39,330 nucleotides of DNA from Candidatus Woesebacteria bacterium RIFCSPLOWO2_01_FULL_39_61 (GTDB lineage: Bacteria > Patescibacteriota > Microgenomatia > UBA8517). Each line of letters begins with the position of its first letter. The stretch's first letter is position 1. Position numbers and translations under genes: made by a program. The notes below the pieces were generated by a model that saw only the letters and a list, made by a program, of their open reading frames with translations, made no database searches and was not told the DNA's origin. Location: contig MGHI01000004.1 in the NCBI GenBank assembly GCA_001793155.1, forward strand, positions 1 to 39,330. Reading direction: 5' to 3'. Below, piece by piece: positions 36,211 to 39,330 of this stretch.

Positions 36211-38448
36211 ATGAATGAACTTTCGCAATTAGAGCAAACGATGCTCTGGGGAGTAATCGGAGTGGCGCTAACATCTTTAATCTATGCCTATTGGCTTTGG
36301 AAAGCGACAAAGGCAGAAGACAAAGGTAATGCCAAAATGCAGGAGGTGTGGAACGCAATTAAAAAGGGGGCAGAAGGCTACCTCAAAAAGCAACTGCGAA
36401 CGATAATTTTTGTACTTCTCTCCTTGACCATCGTTCTTTTCTTGAGTGTATATGTAGTTCCGCCATCTGCCGAAGCATTTGCCAGATTCGGTAAAAGTGC
36501 TACTTTGGTCGTGGCATTGGGAAGAACTGCAGCTTTCATTGTCGGAGCAGCTTTCTCAACTTTGGTCGGACAACTGGGAATGCGTGTTGCAATTGAAGCC
36601 AACGTCAGAGTTACAGCCAAAGCTCTCAAAGGAAGTTATAACGGCGCCTTAACCGTAGCCTATAGAGCCGGAACATTTACCGGAATGTTAACGGACGGTC
36701 TCGGACTATTGGGGGGAACTGTAATTTTCATGCTCTTCGGTAAGGCTGCTCCCGACGCACTTCTCGGCTTTGGTTTCGGAGGAACACTTGTTGCGCTTTT
36801 TATGAGAATAGGCGGAGGAATCTATACCAAAGCGGCTGACGTCGGAGCTGATCTGGTAGGAAAAATAGAGAAAAATCTTCCGGAAGACGATCCCAGAAAC
36901 GCCGGAGTTATTGCTGATCTGGTAGGAGACAATGTCGGAGACTGTGCGGGGATGGCGGCCGATATTTTCGAGAGCTACGAAGTAACAATAGTTTCAGCAC
37001 TAATTCTCGGACTGGTCCTCTTTCATTTGACCGGAGCAACCTTCTGGATAGTATATCCTCTGGTAGTTCGGGCAATCGGTGTACTATCTTCGATAGTCGG
37101 GACATTGGCTGTTCCTACCTGGGAAAAGATATCAATTAAATTTTTGAGGGCAAAGGATGCGGAAGAAGCAATGTTTAGAAGCTACGAACTTTCAAGTTTG
37201 ATTACCATTCTCTTCTCTTTCGCATTCGCTTTGTTTTACGCGGGCGAGTGGAAACTAGCTCTTCTTAACGCAGTCGGAATCGGACTCGCAGTAGTTTTTA
37301 ATCCACTAACCAGTTACTTTACATCTCATAAATTCCGACCCGTAAAGGAAATTGTCGAATCAACCAAATCAGGTAGTGCAACCACAATTCTTTCGGGACT
37401 TGCGACGGGAATGGAATCAAGCGTATGGAGCGTTTTTGTAATTGCAATCGCACTAGCATTGAGTTACTTGATCTATTTCGGAATGCCGCCAATTTATATG
37501 CTTTACGGAGTTGCCATGATAGGAATAGGGATGCTTTCTCTTACAGGCAACAACGTTGCCATGGACGCATTCGGACCGATTGCCGATAATGCAAACGGAA
37601 TAGGAGAAATGGCCGGAGTGGGGAAATCGGCTTGGAAGATAATGGCCGATCTGGACGCCGTAGGAAATACAACAAAAGCAATTACCAAACAGCTAGCGAT
37701 TGCTTCAGCAGTTGTTGCTGCAACAGCTTTGTTTTTCTCATTTGTTACCGATATTGGGATTGTACAGACGCGTCTGGGTCTTCCCGTACTTTCTGCAATC
37801 CGGATATCCACCTTAGATACGGTAATAGGATTTCTTATTGGAGGATCACTTCCTTTCCTTTTCTCTTCATTTTCAATTAAGGCCGTTGCTCGCGCGGCAA
37901 CCAAAATAGTCAAGGAAGTAAGAGCGCAGTTCAAAAGACCCGGAGTCATGCAAGGCCGTGTTAAGCCTGAGTATGATAAGGTTGTAGCTATAACAACAGC
38001 AGCCGCACAAAAGGATCTTGTCAGTCTGGTTATTTTGGCAGTTACTCTGCCTTTGATAGTTGGACTTATATTTAAAGTCGAAGCTCTCGGAGCATTTTTG
38101 GCCGGCGTAATTTTGGTCGGCCAGCTAATGGCTGTATTTATGGCTGTTTCGGGAGGAGCACTGGATAACGCCAAAAAGTATATCGAAGACGGGTATCTCG
38201 GAGGCAAGGGGTCCGACGCTCATAAAGCCAGCGTCGAAGGTGATACTTTCGGAGACCCCCTTAAAGATACTGCAGGGCCTGCCTTAAACCCGATGATTAA
38301 AGTTGTCAATTTGATAAGCCTGATCGCAGCCCCCGTAATTGTTCAGTATCAGGGTCGAACTGGCTCATGGATTGCGGCAATTTTACTTATCGGACTTTTT
38401 GTCTGGGCATTAAGACAAAGCAAAACCCAAGTCTTAGCAGCTAATTAA
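36211..38448 (+). CDS. hppA: Membrane-bound pyrophosphatase, K+-independent H+-translocating type
   Basis: GGGIYTKAADVGADLVGKIE, EDDPRN, DNVGD, GPIADNA, GNTTKA (Lys variant marks K+ independence), GDPLKDTAGP. Confidence 0.96.
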   Translation: MNELSQLEQTMLWGVIGVALTSLIYAYWLWKATKAEDKGNAKMQEVWNAIKKGAEGYLKKQLRTIIFVLLSLTIVLFLSVYVVPPSAEAFARFGKSATLVVALGRTAAFIVGAAFSTLVGQLGMRVAIEANVRVTAKALKGSYNGALTVAYRAGTFTGMLTDGLGLLGGTVIFMLFGKAAPDALLGFGFGGTLVALFMRIGGGIYTKAADVGADLVGKIEKNLPEDDPRNAGVIADLVGDNVGDCAGMAADIFESYEVTIVSALILGLVLFHLTGATFWIVYPLVVRAIGVLSSIVGTLAVPTWEKISIKFLRAKDAEEAMFRSYELSSLITILFSFAFALFYAGEWKLALLNAVGIGLAVVFNPLTSYFTSHKFRPVKEIVESTKSGSATTILSGLATGMESSVWSVFVIAIALALSYLIYFGMPPIYMLYGVAMIGIGMLSLTGNNVAMDAFGPIADNANGIGEMAGVGKSAWKIMADLDAVGNTTKAITKQLAIASAVVAATALFFSFVTDIGIVQTRLGLPVLSAIRISTLDTVIGFLIGGSLPFLFSSFSIKAVARAATKIVKEVRAQFKRPGVMQGRVKPEYDKVVAITTAAAQKDLVSLVILAVTLPLIVGLIFKVEALGAFLAGVILVGQLMAVFMAVSGGALDNAKKYIEDGYLGGKGSDAHKASVEGDTFGDPLKDTAGPALNPMIKVVNLISLIAAPVIVQYQGRTGSWIAAILLIGLFVWALRQSKTQVLAAN

Positions 38449-38508
38449 TAAGGCTAAATATACTTCAAAACTGAAACTTCAATTGGAGATTGTTCTATAC
38501 TATATCAG

Positions 38509-39117
38509 TTGAAAATGGAAACAAAACTTATTTTAGTAAGGCACGGAGAAACCGATATAAATGTCGGTGGGAAAATGCATAAAGTCAGTGACCCCGAGAG
38601 ACTAAATAGGAACGGCCGGGAACAGATTACCAAAGCCGCAAAAAAACTTAAAGATATCGGTATAGATTGCGTTTATGCTTCATCAGAGAAAAGAGCAAAC
38701 GAAAGCGCCAAAATTATATCTAAAATTTGCAAGGTTTCACTTCAGTTTGTTGAAGGGGTTGAGGAGAGAAATTGGGGAGAATACTCAAACACAACCTGGC
38801 CCGAGTTGAAGGTAATTCTAGATCATCTGACATATAAACAGCGTTTTGCATTCAAACCACCCGGCGGGGAATCCTTAACAGAATTTGAAGAAAGGTTGGG
38901 TAAAGCTATAAAGACAATAATAAACCTAAACAGGGGGAAGAAAGTAGCTTTAGTTAGCCATGGTGGAGCCATACGAGTTATGATTGGTTTTCTTTTGAAC
39001 TTACCCCCAAAAGATCGGTTTAAGTTAGAACCTCCCAACGCCTCAATCACGATTTTGAATCACGATGAGAAGCATTTCAAACCTCAAACGTTCCTAAGCA
39101 CTACTCATTTGGCTTGA
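38509..39117 (+). CDS. Histidine phosphatase (phosphoglycerate mutase family)
   Basis: LVRHGET, ERNWG, PPGGES, VSHGG, NASIT. Confidence 0.93.
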   Translation: MKMETKLILVRHGETDINVGGKMHKVSDPERLNRNGREQITKAAKKLKDIGIDCVYASSEKRANESAKIISKICKVSLQFVEGVEERNWGEYSNTTWPELKVILDHLTYKQRFAFKPPGGESLTEFEERLGKAIKTIINLNRGKKVALVSHGGAIRVMIGFLLNLPPKDRFKLEPPNASITILNHDEKHFKPQTFLSTTHLA

Positions 39118-39252
39118 TTCTCCCCAAAATTTGTGCGGCAAACCAGAACTCCCTTGGGAACAAGCATCCTAATTGTGTCCGTCAATTATACGAACCATCC
39201 ATTTTATTAATTCTGGGATATACTAAAATCATGCAATGGTTTTTGTACAGTA

Positions 39253-39330
39253 TCAGGGTTTCGTTGACATCTGGTAGTTGGTTGTGACTACCTGTAAGTA
39301 TCCAGTCTTCAACTGCCTGTTGTGGTGTTC
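39253..39330 (-). mobile_element. Possible IS end with the C-terminus of a minus-strand ORF
   Basis: Open frame from the edge reads EHHNRQLKTGYLQVVTTNYQMSTKP-stop through GGGTTTCGTTGAC. A plus-strand start MQWFLYSI at 39231 is cut short at the same point. Confidence 0.3.

Noticed and set aside
37503-38207. 234-aa antisense ORF and other shadow ORFs (e.g. 12747-13193, 19529-19981)
   Set aside because: They lie wholly opposite well-conserved genes and have no motifs.
39136-39172. GGCAAACC suggesting a c-di-GMP-I riboswitch
   Set aside because: No GAAA-capped stem, no GACGCAAAGC segment and no second stem follow.

Overview
A 39.3 kb AT-rich chromosomal segment whose gene content and style point to a Candidate Phyla Radiation (Patescibacteria, probably Microgenomates-like) bacterium using the standard code 11. 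This is an inference from the short PheT, degenerate HolB, monoderm-type pilus locus and scarcity of Shine-Dalgarno sites. Left to right it holds: a probable IS fragment at the edge; a cystathionine gamma-lyase/beta-synthase pair behind a Cys/Thr leader-peptide attenuator and a second structured element; thrS-infC-rpmI-rplT-(Phe leader attenuator)-pheS-pheT; a hypothetical gene; class A PBP; tyrS; a small membrane ORF; recG; rpmF-nusB-ACP-like-rnc-rpsP-khpA; a 13.4 kb minus-strand type IV pilus locus (pilB, pilT, pilC, 8 pilin-like genes plus PilX-like, pilD, pilM/N/O, no secretin); an ABC exporter; a 108-bp IS200/IS605-type miniature element; holB-like; gyrB; a K+-independent membrane pyrophosphatase; a histidine phosphatase; and a possible second IS end. 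The most interesting signals are non-coding: two ribosome-coupled attenuators, a covarying CTTTCTTT/AAAGAAAG hairpin family at a fixed distance from start codons, and 7-nt-periodic hairpins at pilus-operon junctions that also invade the cleavable prepilin leaders. No tRNA, rRNA or CRISPR array was seen. All calls were made by eye without database searches.
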